From positions 105,466,814-105,530,813 of the forward strand of contig JARDVH010000163.1 in NCBI GenBank assembly GCA_030324005.1: a DNA stretch of 64,000 nt, given 5' to 3'. Below, in pieces: positions 12,336 through 24,979 of the stretch. Source of the stretch: Negaprion brevirostris. Its lineage: Eukaryota. The notes under the pieces were generated by a model that did no database searches, was not told the DNA's origin, and saw nothing but the letters and a program-made list of their open reading frames with translations. The position numbers and the translations under genes are program-made. The first letter of the stretch is position 1. Every line of letters starts with the position of its first letter.

Positions 12336-13707
12336 TAGATATGTGTACTACGGATAGGAACTCAATTAATCTTGCTGACTATGTTTAATATATGCACATC
12401 TAATTTAGCACCTCAAGGACTGTGAAAACCTCTTCAGAATGAGTTCTCCTACTTTTCCAAAGCTTTAAAAATGAATGGCAAAAATATTTTACAATTATAC
12501 TAATTTTCAGTTGTTAAGTCCATGAGTACTTCACCCAAATTTCTGTTATTTGAACTTTAGACACATTAGTACTGACCAGGCTATTCCACCACAAGGACTT
12601 TCATAAGAAAGCTCAATTCTGTTCTCATTCAGTTACACTAATACTGCAGGTGCNNNNNNNNNNNNNNNNNNNNNNNNNNNNNNNNNNNNNNNNNNNNNNN
12701 NNNNNNNNNNNNNNNNNNNNNNNNNNNNNNNNNNNNNNNNNNNNNNNNNNNNNGCTGGAAATCTGAAATAAAAAATGAGAATTCTGGATACTCAGGTGGT
12801 CTGGCAACATCTATGGCACAATTTCCAGCTGTGCTAAAATTGACCGTAGAGTCTCCACTGCTGAAATTTGCCAACTTGGGAACCATATTGCATGATTCTG
12901 CAATAGAACACATGGTGAATTTGCCCACTGGGTTATTGCCAAGCTCTGTTACAGCTTTTACCTGTTCCAGTTTCCAGTCAGAAACTCTGAATTTAAAACC
13001 ACACTGAGGAAGCAATCATTGTTAAAATCAGTATCTGTACTCACAATTAATATGACTAGACAATGTCACATCTGGGCAGAGTTTACACTTCAGGCACAAT
13101 CAGCAATCCGAGTACAAAGTGAGCTCATTTTCTGAATCTTTTGCTCGCGTTTTCATTTAAACTCATTCACATATAGTCAAATGCAAAATCCTTCATCACC
13201 CAATGCGATCAGATATCGCTTTAAAATATGTATTTTTTCTTACACTAAAAAAAACTTGATATATTTGAAAGTGGTATCCTGGCACAGGTACTTATTAATC
13301 ACAGCTGAAAAACAAAATAAGAATTTTTACTCAAAGTGTCCATTCCATTGGCTGTGTGTCCTGCTTTTAAATAACTGAAAATGACAACAAGCTTTAATAG
13401 TTTCATTGGTGTACAAAAGACAAATTAGAAAATTAAAGATTTAATATGTAAAACCATTGAAATGGTTAGTTTTCATGTCCGAAAAAGATCAATTTTCAGC
13501 GCTTTCTTGAAGGTCTGCAAACAGGTGTAATTAGTCATGGGTGGTTTGGAACATGGTTGGTTTTGTGGGCTGGACCAGTTCTCAGCAAAACAAACATACT
13601 TTGCATTTGAAATTTCTTCATCTTTTGTGCTCATTTGGCTGAGTGTGGGCAACACATTGTGTTTTGTTATTTCTTGTCTTCCATCAACTAATGGTTGCCA
13701 CACACAC

Positions 13708-14233
13708 AGTGGAATTTAATGCTCCTCCCAGAGATGAGGAAGGCATTTAATTGGGAGAGAGGGTGCAGGGTGGGGATACTCTTCCCACCGTCTCCTCACC
13801 TCTGCACGTTTTAAGTTTGGTGAGGGAAACCTCCTGAACAGCCTGCAAATCCAATGGAGGTGCAGGTCTCATCCCACTGCAGCTTGTGTTCAACCAGCAG
13901 GGAAATCACAGCACCGGGCACCTGCGGGTTCCCAGAAAGTGGGGGCAAGGGCGCATGCGAAGAGCCACCCCACTAGCCTTGCCTCTGACACTCCTTCCTA
14001 TGACTCATATCTGAATCTGGGCCTCTGGTGAATGCATTACCAGCAGCAGCCATCGCTCTCAATGAAGAGCTGCTGGCCTCTGATTGGCCAACAGCTCGGG
14101 GGGAGGGTGGGATTTCTGCCTCAGGGGTCCTTAATTCTGGAAACCATTTAAGTGCCCAATGGGGACTTAATGGCTTCCTGCCAATTGTCCAGATGGTGGG
14201 AGAGACCTCTGTTGTAAACATTAAATTCTGCCC
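13708..14233. mobile_element. MITE / non-autonomous DNA transposon (~525 bp)
   Basis: Imperfect terminal inverted repeats gtggaatttaatgc ... acattaaattctgccc; GC-richer than the flanks. Confidence 0.55.
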
Positions 14234-14324
14234 AAAATGTCATAATTGCTCTGCTGTTTTTGAAGTCATANNNNNNNNNNNNNNNNNNNNNNNATAAACT
14301 CAAATGCACAGAGGGAGAGCAAAC

Positions 14325-14335
14325 TTTATTTTATT
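14325..14335 (-). terminator. Tandem AATAAA polyadenylation signals (probable main distal SLMAP poly(A) signal)
   Basis: Plus-strand tttattttatt reads aataaaataaa on the minus strand, followed by U/C-rich sequence. Confidence 0.6.
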
Positions 14336-15794
14336 AAATCATGCACATCACGTATGTTAGTGCAAATACTTTAATTTGTAGTTCAGAAATTCTACTGTAC
14401 TTCCAACCTTTTTACAAAATAGATTTAAAACAATTATTTTACTTTAAAAAATGTATTTCTGTAATTCAGCATCTCAGAACAATATTTGCAAACAACCTAT
14501 GTACAGGAGGTACCAAGGACCACTAGCGCGTGTGTGTAGCTGGGATGGAATATCGTAGCTTATTGGCCATCCAAACAATTGCTCAAATTGACAGACTTTA
14601 GAACAGATTTGTTTCCACATAGACAAGTGTTTTTTCCGCAACAACCTTGTGTTTAAACAAAAAAATTCCAAGTTGAAAGGGACATCTAACAAACCCTACA
14701 TTCACCTCCAATGTGTTTTAAGATAACATATATAGCAGATTTCTCAACACATTCTTCAGACCTATTTCTATTGTCAAGAATATTTTAAACCAGCTGTAAG
14801 TTTAAAGTGTTTTTTTTATTCAATTGACTACGGAATCTTGTACCAATATTTGTAATTACATTGTACAACTTCACCAACATGTCATACTGTGGTTGAAAAT
14901 ATATAAATTGAATTAGTTTTAAAATAAGGCAATACCCAACTCATTTGGCTAAAAGGTGTCATGAAAAAATTAAGGTGACGATCCATTTTTCCTGTAACTC
15001 ACTTTAAAACAAAGTGCTTGCTGGTATGACTCCTATAGTGAGCATGGCAGCTGTCTGAAAGACAGATGAAGGACTGTCCTGGGAATGTAGTGATTAAGGC
15101 AGTAGCATTAGACTGCTTTATGGTTGCAGATTTGAGCCCCAGTCATAGTCTAAGCAAAGTGCTTACTACTGTGTATCAGAAGTATTTCTGTCAGCCTCTT
15201 ACATTGGTATCCCCATCACGCGGGAAAACAAACAAACATTTAATTGTTTTTACCAACTGATGCACATTTCCACCAACTGATGTATGGAGGGGCATGGATT
15301 TGATGCTGCAGAGGGATTGTGGTCCACTTACCTTAGCTGGGCAAAACATTAATTGAGATGGGTGCCCACGAGCAAAAGGAAGAAACATTAAAAATGTCTT
15401 TTGTTTTTACATTTATGTTGCAATCTTTCTGCTCTTTCTTCAATAAAGCGTTGGGAGATGTTAAAACCTGTGCAAATATGACTGCTTTTAAATAGCACAA
15501 TACCTCTTGTATGTGAACAAACTGACAGCAGATGGACCATTTGTGCCCTTGCTGGCATCACCATTCCGGCCTAAACACATCTGTTGGTGGAACTGCATCA
15601 CTATTGTAAAAGGATACAGCAGAACTCATAAGTGAAACTAAATTAAATTCCCTGTTTTTAATATTTTGGTACCAAGAAGCCCAGTTTAGGCCACCACATC
15701 TCTTTACATAATCCCAAAGTATTGATTTGTTTTTTTTAAAAAAAAGGAAAACTGCAAACAAAACATTATCTAGAGTAGAATCCAGTCACAAATT

Positions 15795-15813
15795 TTTATT
15801 CCCTCTATATACA
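15795..15813 (-). promoter_or_regulatory. Proximal poly(A) signal with adjacent Pumilio-type/UGUA element
   Basis: The minus strand reads TGTATATA (15813-15806) gaggg AATAAA (15800-15795). Confidence 0.5.
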
Positions 15814-15980
15814 ATTACAATTTTATACAGTTCAAGCAAAGATCCTACTGTCGTACTCTGAAACAGCTGTTTTTTTGTTAGAGGTAAAAAGGAAGGAAAC
15901 AGATCTGCTTGTCCCTGTGGTAAAAGAAAGCCAATGTCAATGAGGAGGACATTCTGCAGTTTGAGAGACATCACCCAGTT

Positions 15981-16073
15981 TCATGGCGAGGCCCTATTCA
16001 ATGCTGGGTATAACACTACCACCGTCACAGCAACCAGCACGGCCATCACTGGCATCCACTTGAACAATCCACC
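15981..16073 (-). CDS. SLMAP: SLMAP terminal exon, tail-anchor B, GGLFKWMPVMAVLVAVTVVVLYPALNRASP*
   Basis: ttttcag|GGT GGA TTG...GCC TCG CCA TGA. Matches recalled human WMPMLAALVAVTAIVLYVPGLARASP. Confidence 0.96.
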   Translation of the reverse strand, partial: GGLFKWMPVMAVLVAVTVVVLYPALNRASP

Positions 16074-16918
16074 CTGAAAAGGTTCATGGAAAGAGAGTTA
16101 TTGTTTAAGGGCCATTGTTTTTGGGATATACAGGCCAGCAGTTTGGGGCAAAATGAATTTTAAGTACAGAATTTCCATAATTCGAACATCAGGTCCCTAA
16201 ACATCTCTGATCAAGCAGAGGCCAAATAGTCATCAGAATTTTCTTAATGCACTGCAAATCTCCAGTGACAATATTTCAAATAACAGACTAATTCGTAATG
16301 GTTATACCATGATTACTCCATTGTACTTATATATTAGAACTAAAGTTTCACTTGTGAGATTAAATACATGAGAAATTAAATAGGAGTTATCTTTACCTAG
16401 ATCTTTACTCATAGTCCATATATGTTGCACATCTTTTTTATTCTATCATCACTCGATCCTATAACTTTTCTTAAATGTAATTAAATAGGTTTCATCATCT
16501 GAATATACAGATTCTGTGTTAATCATACTGAAATTAGGAAACTTTAAATTATAAAGTACTTAATTAAATGTTACCCCAATCTGCTGTACTATTATAATTT
16601 TCAAGCACAAAGACAAGATTATTCAGCATAACATAGATAATAGGCATGCTAGACTGGCACAATGTGATGTTACAGCAAAACATAGCAAAATAGATATCAA
16701 AGCAGTTTTTTATTTACAATTTTAAACAAATTCAGAACTGAAGCAAATAAAGAAAACAAATATGGACTCTAAAATATAGTTAATATCAGTAGTAGAAAAC
16801 CCTGCGACACAGATTAGCAAGTTAAAAGCTGCATTAAGACTGTTCATGCATCTCGTGAAGGAGGGATACAAATTAGCAGGGGAACACACAGACATGTATT
16901 GTAGCTGTGTACCTTCAT

Positions 16919-17005
16919 CTACCATAGGTGATCGAACCACCAGTACAGGAAAGCCAGGATTAGGGCGACGCCTAGAGCAGGGATGGGTTGCAATATAGTG
17001 GAAGG
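16919..17005 (-). CDS. SLMAP: SLMAP alternative tail-anchor exon A, PSTILQPIPALGVALILAFLYWWFDHLW* (exon continues to donor after 16913)
   Basis: ccttccctccctcag|CCT TCC ACT...CTA TGG TAG atgaag|gtacac. The hydrophobic C-terminus resembles recalled human PSILQPVPAVFIGLFLAFLFWCFGPLW. Confidence 0.92.
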   Translation of the reverse strand, partial: PSTILQPIPALGVALILAFLYWWFDHLW

Positions 17006-17604
17006 CTGAGGGAGGGAAGGGATATTCACAGTCACTGTGTGCAAAGCACCAGAATGCACAGTGGAGATTTTCAGGGAATATATTGGTGAAACATAAATGT
17101 AAGCGTGCCAAGTGATGGACTGTGGAAAAAAAACAGCTCTCAAATAAGATTTTAAAATGTGCTTGCAAAGCTCTCCTTGCAAAATGTTTTACACAATTGT
17201 CCTACAAACCAGGCACAAGCTAACCATCTTACTGGCAAAATGAATTTATTTAACTCTTGAGGAACCAAAACCAATAGCTCTTACTTTATTGAAATTATAT
17301 ACTTATTGCTTGGTAGAACACATTTCCTGGCAAGTTTTTTTTCACATTGTAAATCAGAGAGATACATGGAAAAGGAGATTTATGTCAGACAATTCTACAT
17401 TAACTGAAAACTGAATAATTGTGAATTTATTATCTACTTTGTTACCTTACATATATTTCAAAACATAAACTGATGGCACAATTATAGAACTCCCATGTAA
17501 AACATGAATGCAAGTTATCTTTATTGACGTTCCATTAAATTGTGTAGTTTACCACTAGATTGACTACATTTCAAACATTCTTCATTGACTGTAAAGCATT
17601 TTGG

Positions 17605-18355
17605 GATAGAAACATAGAAAACAGGAGCAGGAATAATCATTCGGCCCTTTGAATCTGCTCTTCCATTCAATATGACCATGGCTGATACTCTAACTCAATG
17701 CCATATTCTCACACTTTTCCCATATCCCTTGATGCCTGTAGAGTCTAGAAATCCATCAATTTCCTTTTAAAATATATTAACTGGTCTGTTTCCATACCTT
17801 CTGTGGTAGAAAATTCCAGTTTCATCACTCTGAGTGATTAAATTTCTCCTCATCTCAGTCCTAATGGCTTACCCTGATACTGTGACCTCTTGTTCCAGAA
17901 CCCCTAGCCAGACGATACACCATCCTTGCATCCAGCCTGCCCAGCCGAGTCAGAATTTCATGTTTCAATCAGATCCCCTCTCATTCTTCTAAAGTCGACC
18001 CAATCTCTCCTCCTACGGCAATCCTGCCATCCCAGGAATCAGTGTATTGGACCTTCACTGCACTCCCTCTATGGCAAGTATATCCCTTCTCAGCTAAGGA
18101 GACCAAAACTGCACATGATACAGATTTGCTTTCACCCTGTACAGCTGCAGTAAGGCATCCTTGGTCCAGTACTTGAGACCTCTTGCAATGAAGACCAACA
18201 TATCATTTGTTTTTCTACCTGCGCGCTTGCTTTTAGTGATTGGTGTTCAAGGACGTCGAGATCCTTTTGTACATCAACGTTATCCAATCTATCACCATTT
18301 AAATAATGATCAATTATTCTGGTTTTCCCACCGGTGGATAACTTCACACATCCTT
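17605..18355 (-). mobile_element. CR1 LINE 3' fragment
   Basis: YLNGDRLDNVDVQKDLDVL and a CR1 3' tail (aaacatagaaaacaggagcagga on +). Confidence 0.8.
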
Positions 18356-19642
18356 GTTATACTGTAACCTATATAAAGGCAAGTCATTTAATGGCCAGCA
18401 GATTGCTGGAAAATCCATTGAGAAGTGATGCCAGCCAGGCACCAGTGATCAAATCCGAACCTTATTTAAGAAGGAAGGCTCCAGCTTCCCATTTCTTATA
18501 GGAAAGGTTCTCTCAGAACTGGCATCTTTCTGTGTAAGCACTGAATGCTTCAGCACAGAAACACACCATTTGCTGGTGCGTCAGTGCAAATTTCTACATG
18601 CCCTTATCACATTATAGAAGGATTCTGGCTCATTTTTTTTTTGAGTTGGATGTAGCAGAGGTCAAAGTGGCTCTTGGCAAGGCTGGAGGATGAGGAGGAA
18701 TACAGAAGTACTTATGAATATAAAGGCAGGAACGCAATAATTAATGGGTCTGTTTCCTGCCCAACAGCAGCTAAATCGACAGTTCAGTTTGGAAGGGTAA
18801 CCTAATGCCAAGTGCCTGCAGCCAAACCCATATAGCAAGTCCTGGTAATCAGGAGGTGGGGTGGTTGCAGGTGGTCAGAAAGCACAGTGGTGGTGGGGGG
18901 AAAGAGAGTGGATAGAGAGGACATTGGGAGTGGATGTTGATGGAAAGAAGAGATGATACAGACCACAATTGGCAGTGGGAAGCTGAAGGTTTCTTGAGAG
19001 AGTGGGGGAGTTTGCCTGATTCACTTAACTCACAAGTAATGCTGGAAAAGGCACATCATCTTCAGCTAGCAGCTTCTATATCATTCTTTCACTGCCAAGT
19101 TTCAACACAACTGGGGCAACCCATGCAGCAGTGAACTTTAAATCAGGCTCCCAATTGCATGAGTACAGCCTTGTAATGTCTCCCAGTTCTCCACTGAAGG
19201 ATACGTGGATGTCAATGTCACTGGCGTAAAAATGCCAATGAGCATGGGCATGGTGGGTTGGACTCATGTTTCATTCATGTGACTGATTAACTTTTCCTCC
19301 CTGTTGCTGATGGGATGGGAATAGGCGGTTAATAGTTTGGCCTCTATTTCATCAACGTTTTGCAGCAGGGAGAATTCCACATTATACTTAACTGATGTGT
19401 AAAGATCTATCTTCCAACCATTCCTATAATTCTTTCTGATTATCTTAAATTTAACCTGTGTCACTGACCAGTGCAAATCTGACCTGCATTAGGTCAACCC
19501 TTATCCTCTCACAATAATCACAAAGCCACACTTCTCAATTGTTTTCATGCCTTATCTCTGATAATATCCCTGCAGGTTTATACTCCTCCTCTGTTGGGTG
19601 TCCTAAACTGCAGATGATACTGTTGCCCAATTTTATGCTTGG

Positions 19643-19890
19643 TGTCAGCCTTGGCTCAGATGTATCATTTTTGCTTCTAAGTTAGAAGATAGGGTGCTTA
19701 AGTTTGCTCCACCTGTTTGTGTATGTAATGCAGGTTGAAAATGGAGATCAGTACTGAAGGAGTGCCACACTGTAGGAGGTGTGCAGTCTTTCAGATGAGA
19801 TCTTAAGTTCTCCTGGTCTTAGGTGGACCCAAAAAAAACTCACAATATTATTTGAAGTAAGAGCAGCTGAGTGCTCCTAATGTCCTGATG
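19643..19890 (+). mobile_element. SacSINE1/AmnSINE-like DeuSINE relic
   Basis: gtactgaaggagtgccacactgtaggaggtg...tttcagatgag...aggtggac...tatttgaag..gagcag, matching the Deu-domain as I recall it. Confidence 0.6.
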
Positions 19891-21846
19891 GGTGAAAACG
19901 GTCTTTCTTTGATCTTCTATATTTCTAATCACCACTGCAATAATGCCAAATTACCTTGCGCTTCACGAACAGCTGATACCTACCTAACTGATCTCTTAGT
20001 TTAACACTAGTATGGATGTTTGGAATGTGGATGCCACTGACAAAGCTGACTTTTATTACCCACTCCCTATGAAGATATTTGACTGAAAGTGAGAGCTTTA
20101 TTAAGCAAGGGTTACAAAACCCAGGTTGGGTAAAGGGAGTTAAGATACAGATCAGCCATAATCTAACTGAACAGAGGAATAGGCTTAATGGGTTGAATGG
20201 CCTATCCCTATGTTCCTAACTGAGTGACTCGGTAGGCCACTTAGAATTCATAGCAATTTCACAGATACAATGACTGGGTGTAACACAAAGCCAGTTAATG
20301 CATTCATACCAAAGAATATCTACATTATCTAAAATTAAAGTTGCAATCAGCCTGTAAAAAAAATATAAATCTTCACACAAGACAAGCCATGCATGTTTCA
20401 CTTCAGAAAAAAAACTTAAGATTTTAAAAACTACATTTTAGCAGTTTAATGGAGGCAGATACAAACCTGCAACCATGGGATCGATTTTAATCCTAACTGC
20501 CTGACAGAAACCGGGTGGGCAGTTAGAAATGAAGTTACTCACTTGCTCATAACGTAACTCTCTTGTACCATTCTAAGTTTTAAATGTGGGGTGAATGAAG
20601 CACCTGCCTGTAGCAGGAGGACACCTTATGAATGGATGAAAATCGGGATCTTATTATGTCAAATTATACAGGTTGCATTTTAATTGGGGCCTGAGTGGAA
20701 AGCACATCTGTAACGGTACTGTTGCTTCTGGCATCTCAAGGAATGTCACAGTCCCCTGTCCTAGAATTCTACCATCTATCTTCCTGTCATAATTGACCAC
20801 CTCATCCTTCTCTGCTGATAGGCACTCTGCTCTCACTTCCCAATCAGCAGTTAAATTGTGGTTGTCCCCTGTTGCAGCTCATGGGAAAAAAATTAACAAG
20901 ATGGACTGGTGGTGGGGAAAACATAACCAGATGGACTAGATGACATGCTCCGGAAGCTAAGTTTATTACAACTTCGTTTAACTAATTCCATTCCCCCAAT
21001 TAACCTTCTGGTTCTGACAGATGCCATCCAGTCCCATCTTCCAAAANNNNNNNNNNAAAGACCTGTAGTGTTTGATGCTGAAAACCGGCACTCCCAGTGC
21101 AAAGTGCTGATTTTCTTTGTGAACTTTTGGCAAGCATATGGGTTAAAATGTTAGCTTAAAATGGTCACTGTTGCCAGGTATGCAAATCAGTCACACAGTG
21201 TTCTAACCAAGTCTAGAAAGGGCACAGGTTTATCCCCCTGTGGAGTATTGAGAACAGTTCTGGTCACCATACTGTATGAATGGTTTCACAGCAGAGGTGC
21301 CACAAAAGGCTATCTGTTTGATAGTTGACTTCACATACTTGAGCTAAAAGGATGGAGTGCAGAAGCTAAGTTTGTATTAAAGGGAACATAGAAGTACGCA
21401 CATAAATAAAACTGCAGCTGGCCAGATAGACCAAAATATTCTTCTCTGGCCCTCTACATTCCATTGCTTACAATCTCAAATGCACTACTGACTAATTTCT
21501 TTGGGTTTCAGGGACTGCTGTTCTCCTATCAGCAGCTACTCTTCCTGGTTTAACAGGAGGGTGAAGACCATGATATTCAGATTTTAATTTTCTCCAAATA
21601 ATTTGAAAGATATTTTTCATATTATACAGTGAAAAATGAAAAGCGAAATGTAGCAAAAATAATTAAGAATGGGGGAAAGAAATCCCCTTCATCAATAGGA
21701 AACCCTAGCTCTGTTTACTTCCCAACGTCTGGCCAAATCAAAGCCTTAAAAGATGCATTTCAACACTAATTTGATTTGCATATTATTTTGGCATGAAGAA
21801 GATGGGAAATTTAAAAATCTTGATTTAGATCAAATTATGATTTGGA

Positions 21847-23113
21847 ACCACAGAATCCCTACAGTGCAGAAGGTGGCCATCTGGCCCATCAAGTTTGCAC
21901 CTACTCTCTGAAAGAGCAACTTACCCAGACACCCTCCCCCGCGCCCCCCCAACCATCCTATCCATGTAATCCTGCACATTTATCATGATTAATCCACCTA
22001 ACCTACATCTTTGGACCTATAAGACCATAAGAAATAGGAACAGGAGTAAGCCATTCAGTCCCTTGAGCCTGCTCCACCATTCCATAAGATCATGGCTGAT
22101 CCAATGATATTCCTCCTGCTTACTTTCCTGCCCCTTTGCCTGGAACCCTCAATTCCCTTTCTGATCAGAAATCCAGCTATTTCAGCCTTAAATATACACA
22201 AGGACTCTGCCCCCACAGCTCTCTATGGCAAGGAGTTCCAAAGATTCACAACTCTCTGAGGAATGAAATTCCTCCTCATCTCAGTCTTAAACTGCCGCCC
22301 CTATATTCTGAGAATATGTCCTCTGGGCTAGACGCTCTCATGAGTAGAAACATCCTCTCAGCATCTAACCTATTAAACCCCTTAAAAATATGATATGCTT
22401 CAATGAGATCACCTCTCATTCTTTTAAATTTCAATGAATAGACTCCCAACCTGTTTAACCTTTCCTCATATGACAATTCCTCCATACGGAGGATCATCCT
22501 GGTTAACCTTCTCTGAACCCCCTCCGCAATAAATAATATCTTTCCTTTAATAAGGGGACCAAACTTCTCTCAGATCTCAAGATGCAGTCTCACTAGTACC
22601 TTGTAAAGCTGCAGCAAGACTTTCCTACTTTTATACTCCAATCCCCTTGAAACAAGTGCCAACGTTCCATTAGCCTTCCTGGTTAGGTCCGACACTTGTG
22701 TACTAAACTTTGTGTTTCGTGCACAAATATCCCTCAAGCCTTTTTGTGTTACAGCTTTCTGCAGTTTTTCTCTATCCTTCTGGAAGGGAGGATAACTTCA
22801 CATTTTCCCACATTATACGCCATTTGCCAACATTTATGCCCATTACTTAACCAATCAATATCTCTTTGCCCCAAGAAGAAACTTAGCTTGGCCAATCCAC
22901 CTAATCTACACATCTTTGAATACTACAGGGCAATTTACCATGGCCAATCCATCTGACCTTACATCTTTGGACTGTGGGAGGAAACTAGAGCACACGGAGG
23001 GAACTCAAGCAAACACGGGAGAATGTGCAAACTCCACACAGGTCACCTAAGGCTGGGATTGAACTCAGGTCCCTAGTGCTGTGGGGTACCAAGGCTAACC
23101 ACTGTGCCATCCC
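21847..23113 (-). mobile_element. HE1-like SINE split by a nested CR1 LINE fragment (~22018-22870)
   Basis: SINE tail 21847-22017, CR1 3' end (EELSYEERLNRLGVYSL...RGDLIE), then SINE body/head 22871-23113. Confidence 0.8.
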
Positions 23114-23250
23114 ATAATTTACAATATTTTATGCAGCAGTGACTGGAAATAGTACAATAAGTATTTTAACTCAGATGAAAAATTGTAACATGAAACTAGA
23201 AATGATTATTGTAAGAACTCTAGGCAGATGAACAAATCTGTAAGACTTAC

Positions 23251-23385
23251 ATTGTTTCCCTTCTGTTGCAGCAGCTTCAAATTTTCTTTACAGTTTTCAA
23301 GTTCTTCTGTGATGGACTCATTCTCTTTCTGAGTTTTGTCAAACTTTCCTTTCAACTCCAGGTACATGGTCTGATTTGCTTCATA
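23251..23385 (-). CDS. SLMAP: SLMAP coding exon (135 nt), YEANQTMYLELKGKFDKTQKENESITEELENCKENLKLLQQKGNN
   Basis: ttctag|TAT GAA GCA...GGA AAC AAT|gtaagt. Matches recalled human YEKTQ...SITDELKQCKNNLKLLREKGNN. Confidence 0.96.
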
Positions 23386-24979
23386 CTAGAATATACATCA
23401 ATTACAGAAGGATTTCATAGATACTATTATACTTTGAAATTGTATCATGATTTTATCAGAAATTTTCAGTGAATTTATATGTCTAAACCTTTAATATCCT
23501 GCTATTAATTTCATGCCACTTAATTATAACCTTTGCATGCTCCATACATATGCAATATTAGTATTAGTTAAACAAACTGTGTAAAATAATTTCTCTTCCC
23601 AAGTTTTCCCTCTGGCATTCCGACATTACTTCGTTTTTGAATGCAATTACTCATGAAATGGACCCTGGTTTGTGTGACTCAGTGCCAGATATACAGTACA
23701 TCTGAATGTACATAGATACACGCTACAGTCAAATAGCCTAACACCATTTTCTCATAACGATCACACTAGAAAAATGGTCATTTGCGAAAGGGATAGGATG
23801 ACTACTGTTGCTTGATTCTTTGGTATGAATAATCAGCTTCAAGAAACACTTACAGGAAAAGTAAAAATTAGTTTGAACATACTCTGCAATCAAATAAACC
23901 TAATCAAGGAGTGTATCAATTTCCTTTCTTCAGTATAAATAACAGATCATCCCAAATAGTTTATGATTTTTATTTCTTATCAAATTATAAATGTAGGTAG
24001 ATTTGCAATTCTGAGCTAACATTAACATACTTGTTGCAGACGTTTTAAATGCAGAATTAAATTAACTACATTAAAAAAAACTTCCACATTTTCTTTGCAC
24101 GAGGAAACAAAAGAAAAAGTTATTCCTAATTTAAGTGAAAACTGCTTAAAGTGTTTCAAAATAATCCCAATGACACTTATGCTTGTAAAGTTATGATGGC
24201 TTTGGTTTGTGTACACTGATTATAGTATAGCAGAATAACAATTAAACAATACAACTTCTTCCCACTGCACAGCCATGTACATCAAGCTAATCTTTGCCTA
24301 ATACTTTCGTGGGCACTGTAATTTCCCTGCATTTCCTGGATGAGGTAACTGAAAACTAATCATACATGACAGAAAAAAAACATATTGGGCAAGGTTTTGG
24401 AGCTTTCCATTCAACGGAAATAGAACCTGAAATGAGGCTAAAATAAACCAAGTATCCCTTTGGTACCATCAGGTGTGCGCCATCTGCCAGTTGGACAATT
24501 GAAGTTCACAACAGGGGAATATTGACCCCAGTGAATTAGTAAAATTTACAATTAATACCAGCCATCATTATGGTCCGCCTGCGAGAATGACCAATTAATG
24601 TCAAGTCAGATTTGTGTTTTGACAAATTAAAAGACTTGTATCCTATTGTGCCAGCTGGATTTTAACACAGATCCCTAATGGAGGATAATATAAGTCACTG
24701 CACCACTTGTTCTCAGACAATATTCAATTCTGTTAATAACTTAATTTGTTTAACTTATTTGATTTCCAAACAGAAAAAAAAGTTTCTCTGTGACTACTAT
24801 ATCANNNNNNNNNNNNNNNNNNNNNNNNNNNNNNNNNNNNNNNNNNNNNNNNNNNNNNNNNNNNNNNNNNNNNNNNNNNNNNNNNNNNNNNNNNNNNNNN
24901 NNNNNNNNNNNNNNNNNNNNNNNNNNNNNNNNNNNNNNNNNNNNNNNNNNNNNNNNNNNNNNNNNNNNNNNNNNNNACA

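Larger units (their letters stand above)
14300..15980 (-). other. SLMAP: SLMAP 3' UTR (~1.7 kb, AU-rich, no recognisable transposon)
   Basis: Follows the stop at 15981-15983. Minus-strand AATAAA at 15795-15800 and 14815-14820, plus an overlapping pair at 14325-14335. Confidence 0.7.

Noticed and set aside
16722-17168. 148-aa minus-strand ORF overlapping the tail-anchor exon
   Set aside because: Different frame from the SLMAP exon, no recognisable protein features, and mostly intronic.
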